Source: Octopus sinensis (lineage: Eukaryota). Taken from it: a stretch of 64,000 nt of DNA. The notes beneath the pieces were generated by a model, which did not search any database, had not been told where the DNA came from, and worked only from the letters and a program-made list of their open reading frames with translations. Position 1 is the first letter of the stretch. Each line of letters begins with the position of its first letter. Of this stretch, positions 39,751 to 54,210 are shown in pieces. The position numbers were made by a program, and so were the translations under genes. Where the stretch lies: the NCBI RefSeq assembly GCF_006345805.1, contig NC_043004.1, forward strand, positions 25,048,001 through 25,112,000, given 5' to 3'.

Positions 39751-40532
39751 TACCTAATATATATATATATATATATATGTATTGATTAAGGAGAACAATC
39801 TTTGTATAAAATTAGCGTGAACAACGAGGGCAAGAAAGATTAGCAGAAGGTGTGGCCGATATTGCATCGTGAATTCTTTACTGTGTTCTTCAGAAATTGA
39901 TCAACTCATTCAACATTTGGTAAAACGACTAGGGGTCTTTTAACACAAACACTTAATTTTAAAACTAAAACTAATGGTCTATCAAGTTGAAGTCATTTCA
40001 ACATTATTATAAATTTGTGAAAGATAGACACTTTGTCTGAAGACACAGAAAAGCTGGCATATTGCCATGAATAAAACATCTGTGGTTTCTTAAATATCAA
40101 ATGTAACCAGACAATACTGTCTCAGAAAACAATAAAAAACAAAAACAAAAAAAAACACAAAAAAACAAAAACAAAAACAAAACCAACAGTTGAAGTACAG
40201 AACCAGACATGACTAAACAGCTTTGGTTGCTAGGTCATATGATTAGAAAGTTAAAAGAGAGATTTCCTTCTGAAAACTCTTCAGTGAAATAACTGCCGGG
40301 AAAATATCATGACGATGTCCTTTCTGCTCTTACAAAGAATAGCTAAAATCAACTTTCATAATAGTGGAAATTGAGACAAAACGAGGAAAACTGAAACCCC
40401 AAATCCGTCCAACTGGCGTTACTCTGTCGCCTGATGAAAGGATTATTTTCAAATCGAAAGTAAAAGAAAAGATGAAAAAAATTTGAATATATGTAAGCAT
40501 GGAAAAAACGTATATAATATATATATATACAT

Positions 40533-40577
<45 letters not shown>

Positions 40578-40783
40578 TGTATATGTATATATGTATGATA
40601 TGAATATATATATACGATGTTCTTCAAATATTCAGGATTTTCTCAAACTTTTCATTGATTTCATATAATAAATAAATAAATATATTATAATATATATATA
40701 TATATATATAATACATATAAATTTAAAATTGAGGATAAAATCTTTATAAGAAATGACAGTAGTAGTAGTAATGAATCTTATAG

Positions 40784-40832
<49 letters not shown>

Positions 40833-40858
40833 AATATATACATACATACCATACATAC

Positions 40859-40902
<44 letters not shown>

Positions 40903-40910
40903 ATATATAT

Positions 40911-41112
40911 AAAGTTAATCCAACAAGAAGACAAAAAGAGAACAACGCAAGGATGTGGAACAAATAAATTATTATTGGACGCTCAGGAAAGAAGGGAAGA
41001 AGGAGGGTTTGACGTTTCGAGCGGAGCTCTTCGTCAGAAACATAGGAGAAAGAAAGATCCCGAGACGGGAGGACAGAGGAAAAAAATTGCAGGTAGTATT
41101 CACGAGGTCACA
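40911..41112 (-). mobile_element. Non-autonomous PLE/retrozyme-like repeat; further copies at 51305-51505, 47785-47832 and 58985-59135
   Basis: Shared aaagttaatcca...gctcaggaaagaagggaagaaggagggttt..cgtttcgagcggagctcttcgtc block abutting (TA)n. Confidence 0.8.
41007..41041 (-). ncRNA. Minimal type-I hammerhead ribozyme with canonical core
   Basis: gttt-CTGACGA-a-gagc tcc gctc-GAAA-cg-TC-aaac; palindromic ACGT stem III; GUC cleavage triplet. Confidence 0.8.
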
Positions 41113-41214
41113 TACTAAAAAGACGGAAGTGGTAAAAAAGGAGGAAAATGTTTTTAAAAACAAGAGAGCTGAACAAAGAAGGAATGGTAAAAAAGGTGTG
41201 CGAGATGACAAGGG

Positions 41215-42446
41215 TGTGTGTGTGTGAGTGTGTGCGTGTGTGTATATGTGTGTGTATGGTGGACAATGGCGAGTAGCAGGCAGTAGTAGAATTAAAGGAG
41301 TGGTGTGGGGGTAACCTAGCAAGTCAGAAAGGCAGGTCAGAAACGGAAGTATGTGTGTGTGCGTGTATATGTATCGTGTGTGTGTTTTGTTGTAGTATGT
41401 GTGTGTGTACGTGTGCGTTTTTTTGTGTGTATGGCGAGTAACTGTGCTTAACTTAGTGTATGTGTGCGTGTGTGCTTGTATGTGCGTGTGTGTATATATA
41501 CGTATGTATAATTGTGTGCGTGTATGTATGTGTGTGCGTGTATGTATGGTTGTGTGCCGTATGGGATGTATGTGTGGGTTCATTTGTGTGTGGTGTGTGC
41601 ATGTGCCTGTGTATGTATGTGCGTGTAGTTGTGTGTGCGTGTATGTGTGCGTTTGTATGTGTGTGTGTGTAAGCGTAAATGGATGTATATGCGTGTATCC
41701 GTGGGGTTGTGAGTTTCTTTTTGCGCGTGTGCGTGCGTATGTGTGCGCATGTTTTGGTGTGCGTATGTATGTGTGTGTCTGTGCTTATATGTGTGTGTTG
41801 TGTGTATGTATATGTGTCGGTGTGTATGTGAATTAGTGTGTGTTTGTACGTGTGTATGTGTGTGTGCGTGTATTGTATATATATGTAAATGTGTGTGTGT
41901 ACGTGCGTGGGAGTGAATGTATGTATGTATGTCCGTGTGTGTACAAATGTAGGGGTTTATATGTGTGTTTATATGTTTATATGTGTGTATATATATGCAT
42001 GCAAGGACACACTTCGCAACTGAAAGACTGGTGGAAAAGACTCTTGCGGTGAAGGACGCATGCGAATCTACAGGCACACACGCACATGCCCAGACGTACG
42101 CCCGAAATAAAGCCAGACCCCACAGGCATGCGTGCATGCATATATGTATATGTGCGTGCGCGCGCATGCATGTGTGTGCGTGTGCATGCGAGTGTGTATG
42201 TAGGTATGTGTGTGTATGTATGTATGTGTGAGTGTGTATGTGTGTATGTCTGTGTGTATGTATGTCCGTATGAGTGTATGTAAGTATGTGTGTGTGTATA
42301 TGTGTATGTGTGCATGTGTGTGTGCGTGTATGTATGTGTGTATGTATGTATGTATGTATGTGTGTGTATGTGTGTATGAATGTATGTGTGTATGCGTGTA
42401 TGTGTTTATGTGTGTGTGTGTATGTATGTATGTGTGCATGCGTGTA

Positions 42447-42477
<31 letters not shown>

Positions 42478-42530
42478 GTGTGCATGCGTGTATGTGTGTA
42501 TGTGTGTGTGTGTATGTATGTATGTATGCA
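41215..42530. repeat. Long degenerate (TG/TATG)n low-complexity tract
   Basis: Seen directly; interrupted by an ~120-bp non-repetitive island near 42000-42130. Confidence 0.9.
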
Positions 42531-42537
42531 TATATAT

Positions 42538-42570
<33 letters not shown>

Positions 42571-42669
42571 ATATATATATATATATGCATACATACATAC
42601 ATATGCATACATAATATATATATATGCAACACATACATATGCATACATACATACATACATACATATATA

Positions 42670-43557
42670 CATAGTCTGATCAATACGTATCTGGACTGTT
42701 GCCATAGTAACAAATCTAAAGCATGCAAAGTAAAGCTGCTTGGTACAGATTGAACTTGAACGCTACTGTGTATGCGACCTAAGTTTTAACGTCCTAGCTC
42801 ACTTCCGCTGTTTACAGCAGTACTTCAAAGGAATGTGTGTAGCGTGTGATCGTTGCATTGACCACGACAGAGAGAATTGAGTAGAGAATCTGCATCAATT
42901 TTTTTCAGAAGCTTGGCGATACCTGCTGATAGGCAAACAAACAGTTTTCAAAAATTTTCATTGTTCTCAACACAATCAAGGAGATCTTGTGCAAATGAAA
43001 CCCGAATGTTTCTTTGGACAGCTGAAAGCAGTTTTAGAACAAACTTGGCAGACAAGCGTCTCATACACAAATCTTCAGTGATAATGGATTGAACTGAACC
43101 GTAATTAATCTATACATCCTCTGATAACTCACGGATGGTGATTCGACGATTTTCCTCACAGCTGCATGCACATCTGCAATATATTTCCCAGTTCTGCTAG
43201 TTGCAGGTCTCCTAGAACATTCGTCAATATCGACATTTTTTCGGAACCCTCTGAACCACACGTACACTTGTGTGCGGGTCATACACTCCTCTCCATACAC
43301 TTTCTGCAACTTTCCGTTGACCTCTGAGCAGGTATCGCCATGAAAACTTTCTCTGTCATGGTCAATGCGACGATCACACGCTACACGTCTTCCTTCTAAG
43401 CACTGGTGTAAACAGCAGACGTAAGCTAGAATGTTAAAACTTAGTGCGCATGCACAGCAGACAATCAAGGTCACTCTTTGCCGAGCGGCTTTCTTCTGCA
43501 TACTTTAGCTTCGTTACTATGGCTATAATAATCCGGATACTTATTGATCAGACCGCG
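42670..43557 (-). mobile_element. Mariner-derived element built from two inverted left ends
   Basis: TA-flanked TIRs gtctgatcaata(c)gtatc..gga / tccggatacttattgatcagac; KLQKVYGEECMTRTQVYVWF..F HTH relic; same family as 37707-38460. Confidence 0.88.
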
Positions 43558-43844
43558 TATATGTGCATATAGATACATATATACATATATGAATAAGCAT
43601 ATAGAATACATATGTGTGTAGCGTGCGTACTCAGTTTAGTTTACCTCCCACACTCCGGTTTGAACTGCATCTGAAAATATGGTACTGAGCGGATGGATAT
43701 AAATAAAAACGGAAAATGGAAATGCAAACATTTGGCACCATACGAAAAGTATTTAATTAAAATAGAGAATAAAATGTTCTTTGAGTTATACCAAATGTTT
43801 TGCGTTTTCATTTTCTATCTTAATCTAAATAAACGCACACACAC

Positions 43845-43875
<31 letters not shown>

Positions 43876-43907
43876 TGTATGTATGTAGTATGTATGTTGT
43901 ATGTATG

Positions 43908-44007
43908 NNNNNNNNNNNNNNNNNNNNNNNNNNNNNNNNNNNNNNNNNNNNNNNNNNNNNNNNNNNNNNNNNNNNNNNNNNNNNNNNNNNNNNNNNNNNN
44001 NNNNNNN
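43908..44007. other. Assembly gap (100 N)
   Basis: Run of N; true distance unknown. Confidence 1.
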
Positions 44008-44093
44008 TATTTTAATCTTAATTTTCTTTCATAAATTATATTTTACTTCCTCATCTTCATTTATCTTACTCTCTCCTTCTCTGTTGCTACTGC

Positions 44094-44142
<49 letters not shown>

Positions 44143-44182
44143 CTTCTTCTTCTTCTTCTCCGCTCCTCCACCTCCTCCTTTT

Positions 44183-44233
<51 letters not shown>

Positions 44234-44246
44234 ATCTATCTATCTA

Positions 44247-44292
<46 letters not shown>

Positions 44293-45359
44293 CGTAATTG
44301 TATGTAATTATGTGTGTGGATATATATATGTGTGTATGTGCGCGCGCGCGCGTGCGTATGTACGTGTATGTTTGTGTATGTGTGTGCATACATGTTTGTG
44401 TATGTGCATGTGTGTGTATGTGTGTATGTGTTTGTGCATTTCATGCACACTCTGAGCAGGTACTTAAAAAAAACCATGGTGAACTCTCTGCCATTTTAAA
44501 ATAGCGTATATCCTTCGATCACTTTCACCCTGAATTGCCTTCAGAAGAAATTAATTACTGTGGTCTATAATCTTTTGTCTTTCCTGGAAATCGTTTAATC
44601 CATGCGCTGATGCCATGCTGTGTCTTCTTTTTTGCTAGTTTATTTCGATAACTTCAGATGCTGTCTACTAAACTCCACCTACACAAGAAGCTATACATTG
44701 TAAATATCTCTTTGCCAACCAATGATCCTCTGTGACAAGAGTGGAGAACCCCCGTCACCAACTGTGGCAGAAATTTAGCCCAAATTTAAATTTGAAATTG
44801 CTTCCTCGTGTAGTTTGTAGTTTTTAAAAACTATATCAAACGAACTACTAAATAACCTGAAATCGACTTTGTGTGAAAGAATGCCAGTAGAATGGGAAGA
44901 AATTTAATTTCTTAAGTGAAACGTCACAGCCAAAATGAATGTTACTGTCTGTAGATTTGTCCTCTTTGAGTGTAGTGGAATAGGGATAAATCTGATATCT
45001 ACATCAGACTCATAATTATAGATTTGTTCTGAAGACGAACATATATTTTTTACATGTCATTTATCAACTGGCTTCCTACTCCTCATCACTGTAGCTGCAA
45101 TTTCAAGCTGTTTAAATGAACTGTTAAATCCACTAGAAATGTAAGGCTTGAACGACATTTAGGAACGCGAAATTCTGTATCATTTGCAATTTTATTCTCA
45201 AGGAAATTTGCTATTTATCGCTGCATTAAATATATTCTTTCTAGTATGGTATTTTATTCCAGCCATGAACACTGCAAAAGTAAAATAAGTCAAAAGTTGC
45301 CGAAATTGATGGTGGTTCAACCTTCGAGGCAAAATCACATTTACTGATTTTATCACTAT

Positions 45360-45661
45360 GGATCTTTACCTTTTGACCGACAGATTTAAAAAATAATTTT
45401 TTGTAACTAAACACTTTCAAACTTCGGACACTGGTAGAATGTGTCATATATAATTTTATTCAGCTGAATACACGTCATTGATTGGTTGAAATTACCGAAT
45501 TACGACTACTTTAACGTGAAATAACTTTGTAAATATAAGTTTTTCTCAAAATGCTAAGAGTAAAAGATGTTTTATATGACACATTCTACCTGTCCGAAGT
45601 TTGAAAGTGTTTAGTTGCAAAAAATTATTTTTTAAATCTGTCGCTCAAAAGGTAAAGATCC
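45360..45661. mobile_element. MITE with ~90-bp TIRs, superfamily unassigned
   Basis: ggatctttaccttttga...tagaatgtgtcatata and its reverse complement at 45573-45661. Confidence 0.85.
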
Positions 45662-46631
45662 ATTACTATAACTATCTTTTCTAACATTGTGTTTAATTCG
45701 AGGTCTTCCATGCATCATTGAAGTAGACAGAACACGTATATTTCACCCAACAAAAGCTGGCACTCTCTCGGTTGTTATAGATACTAGATTTCTTAAAGTC
45801 TGTATTCATGACTACTGAACATAAGTTGTGTTTATTCAATGAATAACATTGCGAGCTGCTGTACTCTCTTCAAGTGCTATTGAGAAGAAATGGAATTTTT
45901 TATGATAGTTTTTTTTTTCTAAAGTGAATTTCCAGATCCGCTGACATTTCTTCTCTTCGTCCTGTCATTGTTCTCACAGACAAACATTTGAAAATAAATC
46001 CTTGTTTATTCGGTACATGCAATATCAACAACAATAATGTCACCAATACTTTTTCACGGCCTCCATTGTTTCATATTTTCTACTGTCACCTTTAAGATCA
46101 CCTAACTGACAAATGTACTTTTCTTATTCTATGTTTTATTTTTGTAAGCTCAATTAATTTTATGAACTTCATCTTTCCTTCTTTACCCTCTAAAGTGCTC
46201 AGCGACATATACCTTACCTAAGCGGATATTTGATCTCTGGTATTGATACAATGTTTAAAAAATCCGGCAAGTAAAGGAAGAGGGTGGTTATATTCCATCA
46301 TATCAACTTCAGCATTTAGCTAAAACTTATTTTATCGATCCCAGTGCTGATTAGTATTTATTGTATTGATTACAGAAAGGAGTAAGTTAAAGATTACTCT
46401 GGTACGATTTGAACCCAGAACACAATGAGCCACAAATAAATATTGTAAAGCATTTTGTTCGATGTTCTACTGTTTCTGTTAAGTCATTTCCCTGTCTTCA
46501 GTGAAAATTAAAACATAAATCAAGAACACGCACACACACATCTTCGCGTACACATACAGGTAGATCGTTGGTTTCCATGATGAACCTTCCAGTTGTTTAT
46601 TCAACTATATAGCCTACTCAATGATACATAT

Positions 46632-47052
46632 ATTTATTTCTTTATTGCCCACAAGGGGTTAAACATAGAGGGGAGAAATAAGGACAGACAGAGGGATTAA
46701 GTCGATTACATCGACCCCAGTGCGTAACTGGTACTTATTTAATCGACCTCCGAAAGGATGAAAGGCAAAGTCGACCTCGGTGGAATTTGAACTCAGAACG
46801 TAACGGCAGGCGAAATACCTATTTCTTTATTACCCACAAGGGACTAAACACAGAGGGGGACAAACAAGGACAGACATAGTTATTAAGTCGATTACATCGA
46901 CCCCAGTGCGTAACTGGTACTTAATTTATCGACCTCCGAAAGGATGAAAGGCAAAGTCGACCTCGGTGGAATTTAAACTCACAACGTAACGACAGACGAA
47001 ATACCGCTAAGCATTTCGCCCGGCGTGCTAACGATTCTGCCAGCTCGCCGCC
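46632..47052 (-). mobile_element. Dimeric SINE family 2 with TSD
   Basis: Two tandem bodies; cctactcaatgata(c/t)ata at 46613-46630 and 47054-47071. Confidence 0.9.
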
Positions 47053-47258
47053 CCCTACTCAATGATATATAGCTGACAATTTGTATTTTAAACGTTATCT
47101 TTAGGCAGAATGAGCAGGACACATTGTGTATGGCAAGATTTGCCATTTAGAGTTCAAATCTTACCAAAGTCATCTTTTCAAGCCTCCATTCTGCTGCAGA
47201 TAAGTACTTTCCGTAGAGGTGAATCGTGAGCTAAGCGCCCGGATCATATGTTCTAACC

Positions 47259-47303
<45 letters not shown>

Positions 47304-47635
47304 GAAGTTGAGGTTATAAGAGATAATGGTGTCATTGGGACCCAGAGGTGTCAGGTAATGCTGAATAAGTGCTATAGACAAGACCATAGTTAAGTTCCAG
47401 ATTCGATAATATTGCGAATAAAGAGTTTAACGTTGGTTCTATGTCAGCGTATGTATATAAGAATTTTTTGCGTAACAGGATAAAAAAAACCAAGGCTGTA
47501 TAGATATTAGAGCATATAGATAGAAGGTCTAGGATATTTATTAATAATATATATATATATATATAACAATTTTTTGCGTAATAAGATAAAAAAAATCCAA
47601 GGCTGTATAGATATCAGAGCATTTATAGATAGATG

Positions 47636-47686
47636 GTCTTACAGCTGTTTCTAGGATATTTATTAATAATATCCTTCATCGGAGAC
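47636..47686 (-). ncRNA. Type-I hammerhead motif (U4C) in a PLE-like insert (about 47300-47760)
   Basis: gtct-CCGATGA-aggatatt attaata aatatcct-a-GAAA-cagctg-TA-agac. Confidence 0.7.
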
Positions 47687-48352
47687 GGTGTGAGAGGAAA
47701 GTTAAGTCATAGTTAGTTTAGATGATACAAAATAGAGAGTGAGGTCATATCTTGCATCTATTTTCTTTCCTCCACCTCACTCTCTAGAGGAAGACAGAGG
47801 AAAAAAATCGCCAGCGGTACTCACGAGGTCATACACACACACACATTTATATATATATGCATGTATACACACACACACACACACATAATGGAGGAAACCG
47901 GATCAACTGCTCTACATCTTTGAGTGTGCTTATCCGGGTTTATGTTTTTCTAAAAATTATATATATATTATATATATATATATATATATAATATACACAC
48001 ACAACACATACATATGTGTGTGTGAGTGTGTATATTTTGTGTGTACAGTTAGATGTACAACTACTACGGCATGAGTTAGTGCTCCACGTAGATTATCATC
48101 TCAGTCGTCTTCCAGTATAGTAGTTAATCGACCACTGTACTTATCAGTGTTACTAGTTATGATATACAAAACATATGTAGAAGGAATTAGGATAAACACT
48201 TGTATAGATAATCATTTCCTACGTACGTTTCACGACTGTATTTATTTGGAACTCAACATTGGATATTCCAAGTGTATATAGATGCCTCGCTGCAGTGGAT
48301 CATCAGGGAAACACTTTACTGCATTCTGTCACAGAGACACACACACACAAAG

Positions 48353-48383
<31 letters not shown>

Positions 48384-48404
48384 TATACATATATATGCAT
48401 ATAT

Positions 48405-48530
48405 GACGGGCTTCTTTGAGTTTCTCTCTTTCAGATCCACTCGCAAAGCTTTGGTCAATCCGTGGCTATAGTAGAATACACTTGCCCGAGGTGCCACGCA
48501 GTTAGACTAAATCCGAGACCATATGGTTGC
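48405..48530 (-). mobile_element. SINE family 1 head
   Basis: gacgggcttctttgagtttc...cacttgcccgaggtgccacgcag. Confidence 0.75.
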
Positions 48531-48556
48531 GATATATATATATATATATATATATT

Positions 48557-49005
48557 ACGGAGATGTACTTGCATAGCGAGTGACTTGATCTGAGATCGTG
48601 TGCTGGAACGAAAACAATTGCAGCGTAGAAGATGTTTATAAGCCATTTAAGAAACACACAAAACTGTTAGATTCACTTCAACATTTAAATTTAATTTGTC
48701 AAAATATTTTCGTCGCTTTGAGACCGCGACCTGTTCACGTCAACCATGTGGTGTGTCAGTATGCTAGTGTGTTGCCAACGATGGAGAACTGAATGGCGTA
48801 GTAATGGCGTGTAAGCTGCGCCCCGTGAAATGATATAGTCGTCTAAAAAGCAGAAAATCATATGCAGCACGAAGCTTTGTCAGTGAACAGGTCACGGTCT
48901 CAAAGCGATGAAAATATTTTGACAAATTAAATTTAAATGTTGAAGTGAATCTAACGGTTTTTGTGTTTCTTAAATGGGTTATAAACACCTTCCACGCTGC
49001 AATTG
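48557..49005. mobile_element. PLE-like fold-back element with a captured spacer
   Basis: 48616-48738 is the reverse complement of 48883-49005; spacer 48739-48866 duplicates 51752-51879. Confidence 0.8.
48877..48925 (+). ncRNA. Type-I hammerhead motif with G3-C8 core variant
   Basis: ttgtca-GTGAACA-g-gtc(a/g)c..gcga(t/c)-GAAA-atat-TT-tgacaa; the partial inverted copy at 48696-48738 has a perfect gtcgc/gcgac stem II. Confidence 0.65.
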
Positions 49006-49036
49006 TATGTATATATATATGTATATTATATATATA

Positions 49037-49067
<31 letters not shown>

Positions 49068-49145
49068 AATATATATTATATACACATATAATATACATGT
49101 ATATATATATGTAGTATATTATGTATGTATGTATATATATGTGTA

Positions 49146-50558
<1,413 letters not shown>

Positions 50559-50892
50559 TGTTCAGACATGTCCACTCATAAAGCAAACAAAAGCATTCAC
50601 ACACACATAGACACACGCACTCTTAATAACTTGATGATTTATACACATAAGTGAGTGCACTTAAATTCCCCACCTAACCTGTCTTTGCTAATACCTTCTC
50701 ATAAATACCAATATTTGTAGCTACATATATGGTTAAAGACGTACATTCACATACGTACACAAACACGTACATACATACATGCATACATACATACATACAT
50801 ACATACATACATACATACATACATACATACATACATACATACACATCATACATGCATATATGCATACATACATACATACATACATACATACA

Positions 50893-50924
<32 letters not shown>

Positions 50925-51202
50925 CACACATGTATATATAGGCAAAAAATATTGACACACTCAAAAGCCGGCATGCACAGGCACACAAACACACATACAC
51001 ACATAAGAACACACATCCGCATATATTTACACATATACTTACACGTCTGTTTATCTATCTATCTATCTATATATATATACATACTTACACACATGCTCAT
51101 ATGCATACATGTATGTAATATATATATATATATATACACACCTGTGAGAATATATGTCTATGTATGTATATACGTCTATATGTATATATATTTATGTATA
51201 TA

Positions 51203-51308
<106 letters not shown>

Positions 51309-52295
51309 TAATCCAAACAAGAAAACACACAAAAAACAACAACGCGAGGACGTGGAACAAATATTGTATTATTGGGCGCTCAGGAAAGAAGGGAAGAAGG
51401 AGGGTTTAACGTTTCGAGCGGAGCTCTTCGTCGGAAACATAGGAGAAGGAAAGATCCCGAGAAGGGAAGACAAAGGGAAAAAATCGTCAACGGTATACAC
51501 GATGCACACATATACTTTACATATATATACATATATACATATATATACATACACACACACACCTATATATGCATATATATATATATTCATATATGTGAAT
51601 ATATATATGCATAGACAAATGTGTGTATGCATATATATCTGTGCATCTGTGTGGGTGTGGGTATGTGTGTGTGTGTATGTGTTTATGTGCGAATTCCTAT
51701 TTGTAGGAAACCAAAACCTCAGTAATTACAAATATTAGGAAGTATTTGAATGTCAACCATGTGGTGTGTCAGTATGCTAGTGTGTTGCCAACGATGGAGA
51801 ACTGAATGGCGTAGTAATGGCGTGTAGGCTGCGCCCCGTGAAATGATATAGTCGTCTAAAAAACAGAAAATCTTATGCATTTCAACGCAGGTTATACATG
51901 GATGAATCTACTTCTCTGAATGATGCAGAAATACTTATTTAATAATTGAGCCGACGAGGGAAATCTTTGGGTGTGATGTGAGAAAAATTTGTCTATGATA
52001 TATGGCAGACAAATTCTTCTCATGCCACACCTTAGAATTGTTTTTAAAAGACATTAAATTAGGTAGTTCTGTATCTATAAAAGTATAATAGTAGACAGTC
52101 TTTTTAGGTCCGATCTATCGGGACTTGACAAAGGCTAAATAGTAACCACAGTTCGATTATAATCTTTCGAACTTGTAACCTCATCTTTATAGAAAAAGCA
52201 ATATTTCAATATTTCATTTGAAGCAGACATAGAGAGAGGGAGAATGAGAGAGAGAAAGAGAAAGAGGAAGAGTGAGAGAGAGCATGTCAACAATG

Positions 52296-52725
52296 AGATC
52301 GTTAATGACGACGAAAGCACTTTGACAAATCTAGCTGAGTGATTGGTTGACCGAAATATTTATAGAACGATCGATTAATTAATTGATTAAATGGTCAACT
52401 AAGTGACTGATAATAATCAAAGAAGTTAAATAGAACGACTGCGTGTGTTTATTATATTATTGGCATAATGATCCTCCCGAGATACTAGAAAATACTGTAA
52501 GATTCCGTTTTTGTATTTGGTTTGCAAGATTTTTGGTGTAAGCATATATGTTGAAACAGGTTTTGTTGTGTCTCGGGAAGGTCATTGTCATCGATGAAGT
52601 CGTGAATGGTGACAAAAGGACTTTGACGAACCTAGTTGAGTGACTGACTGAACGAACAACCGATTAGTTAATTGGTGAAATGATTAACTAATGGTCAAAT
52701 ATAGACTATAGCGAAAGAAGTTGCT
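52296..52725. repeat. Diverged ~130-bp direct repeats about 300 bp apart, around an old PLE-end fragment
   Basis: actttgac.aa.ctag.tgagtga at 52319 and 52620; 52515-52590 resembles 13484-13556. Confidence 0.55.
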
Positions 52726-53313
52726 TATTATCTAGCTTGAGTTATGTAAATTTTACTCAATATTATTAGCAATTATTCAAGTGTCTAAAGAATTCTTAAA
52801 ATTTAACATTTAAATGTTTTAGTTTTATCAAAGTGTGGTTTCGAAGTTTCTTTTAGTCTTAAAGATTTTAACTAATTGTACTTGTAAATCATTGCAAGAT
52901 AAAGCTTTTTAAAATCTTGCACTACGGGACGATGTTTTTTAACGCTTTACACTTATCTCTCTTTCTATCGCTTCTATGTTTTCGATCTTTATTTCAGTTA
53001 GTTTTTTTCCTTCTCTGTCGCTTTAACTTTTTCTCTCACCAAAACATATATTGGTATTTTCTGCGAGCCACGTTGCCCCTATAAACTTGACAGATCTCAT
53101 CCAAAAATAATTTCAAACATGACATTCCTCACCAAAAGATTGATTAATAAAAACTGATTCCTGTAAATAAGGATAATTAACTTATGAGAGGATATATCTG
53201 ATTTCCGTGGTAAAATTATTAATATTTCTCTTGTTCCTGTTTTGACATCTTGGGAACTTCAGTTTTTCCTTTCTAAGACTGTCTCTAACTACATGGGATT
53301 TTATAGAGGAATA

Positions 53314-53825
53314 CTAGCTGAAGGTGACCCGCTCTACGCGCCGGTGAGGGTGTGTTTGTTACTTTCAGTTGCTTCCTTTCTGTTTCTTATCGCCACATTC
53401 TTCCTCTTTGTTTCTCTCTCCTTTCTCTCTCACTTTCCCACTCTCTTACTCTTCCTTTCTCTCGGACTCTACCTCGCTTTCTCTGACTCTCTATCTTTCT
53501 CTATCTATCTATCTCCCATTTATAAAAAAAATAGATTTCCGCGCTTAAATTACAAATACGCTTCTACTTTACCATGTTGAAAATTTGATTGAAATCGAGC
53601 AAAAGGTGTCCAATCTAGACCCCTAACTGTCCCCAAAAATCAATAAAATCCCCGTTTTCACACGAAAGCAACCACTGTAGTGCCCCAAAACGTCTCCCAA
53701 TAAATTTCTCACCTCAAGTTACCCCCTCCTGTAAATTTTAATCCCCTTCTAGCCCCATTTAGATCCCTTTTTACATAAAAATCCAAGTTGTATCAACGTT
53801 CGCCTTCTTCATTTTATAGATTAGA
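53314..53825 (-). mobile_element. Non-autonomous Helitron-like element
   Basis: Minus strand starts TCtaatctataaaa and ends with an imperfect GC hairpin then CTAG. Confidence 0.6.
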
Positions 53826-54063
53826 CAGATATACCAGGCCTTGCTCGGGATTAAAATAGTTTATTATTGTTTTACTTGTTTCGGTATTATAACCCGATTT
53901 TATTCGGGTCTACGTGGGCCACATTTTAAAAGATGAGGAATTTTGCCCTAGAGGCCATGCCTTTCAATTGAGCAAACTCAAAGTTGCCATGCAAACTCGC
54001 TAGTACTTTTAACATAGGTGTGCATATTTTCAGCTCAATCCGACCTCATATGCACACATCATA

Positions 54064-54094
<31 letters not shown>

Positions 54095-54111
54095 CGCATT
54101 ATATATACATG

Positions 54112-54210
<99 letters not shown>

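Noticed and set aside
40426-40470. CTGATGA...gatt/aatc-GAAA hammerhead candidate
   Set aside because: No stem III, UH triplet or stem I partner
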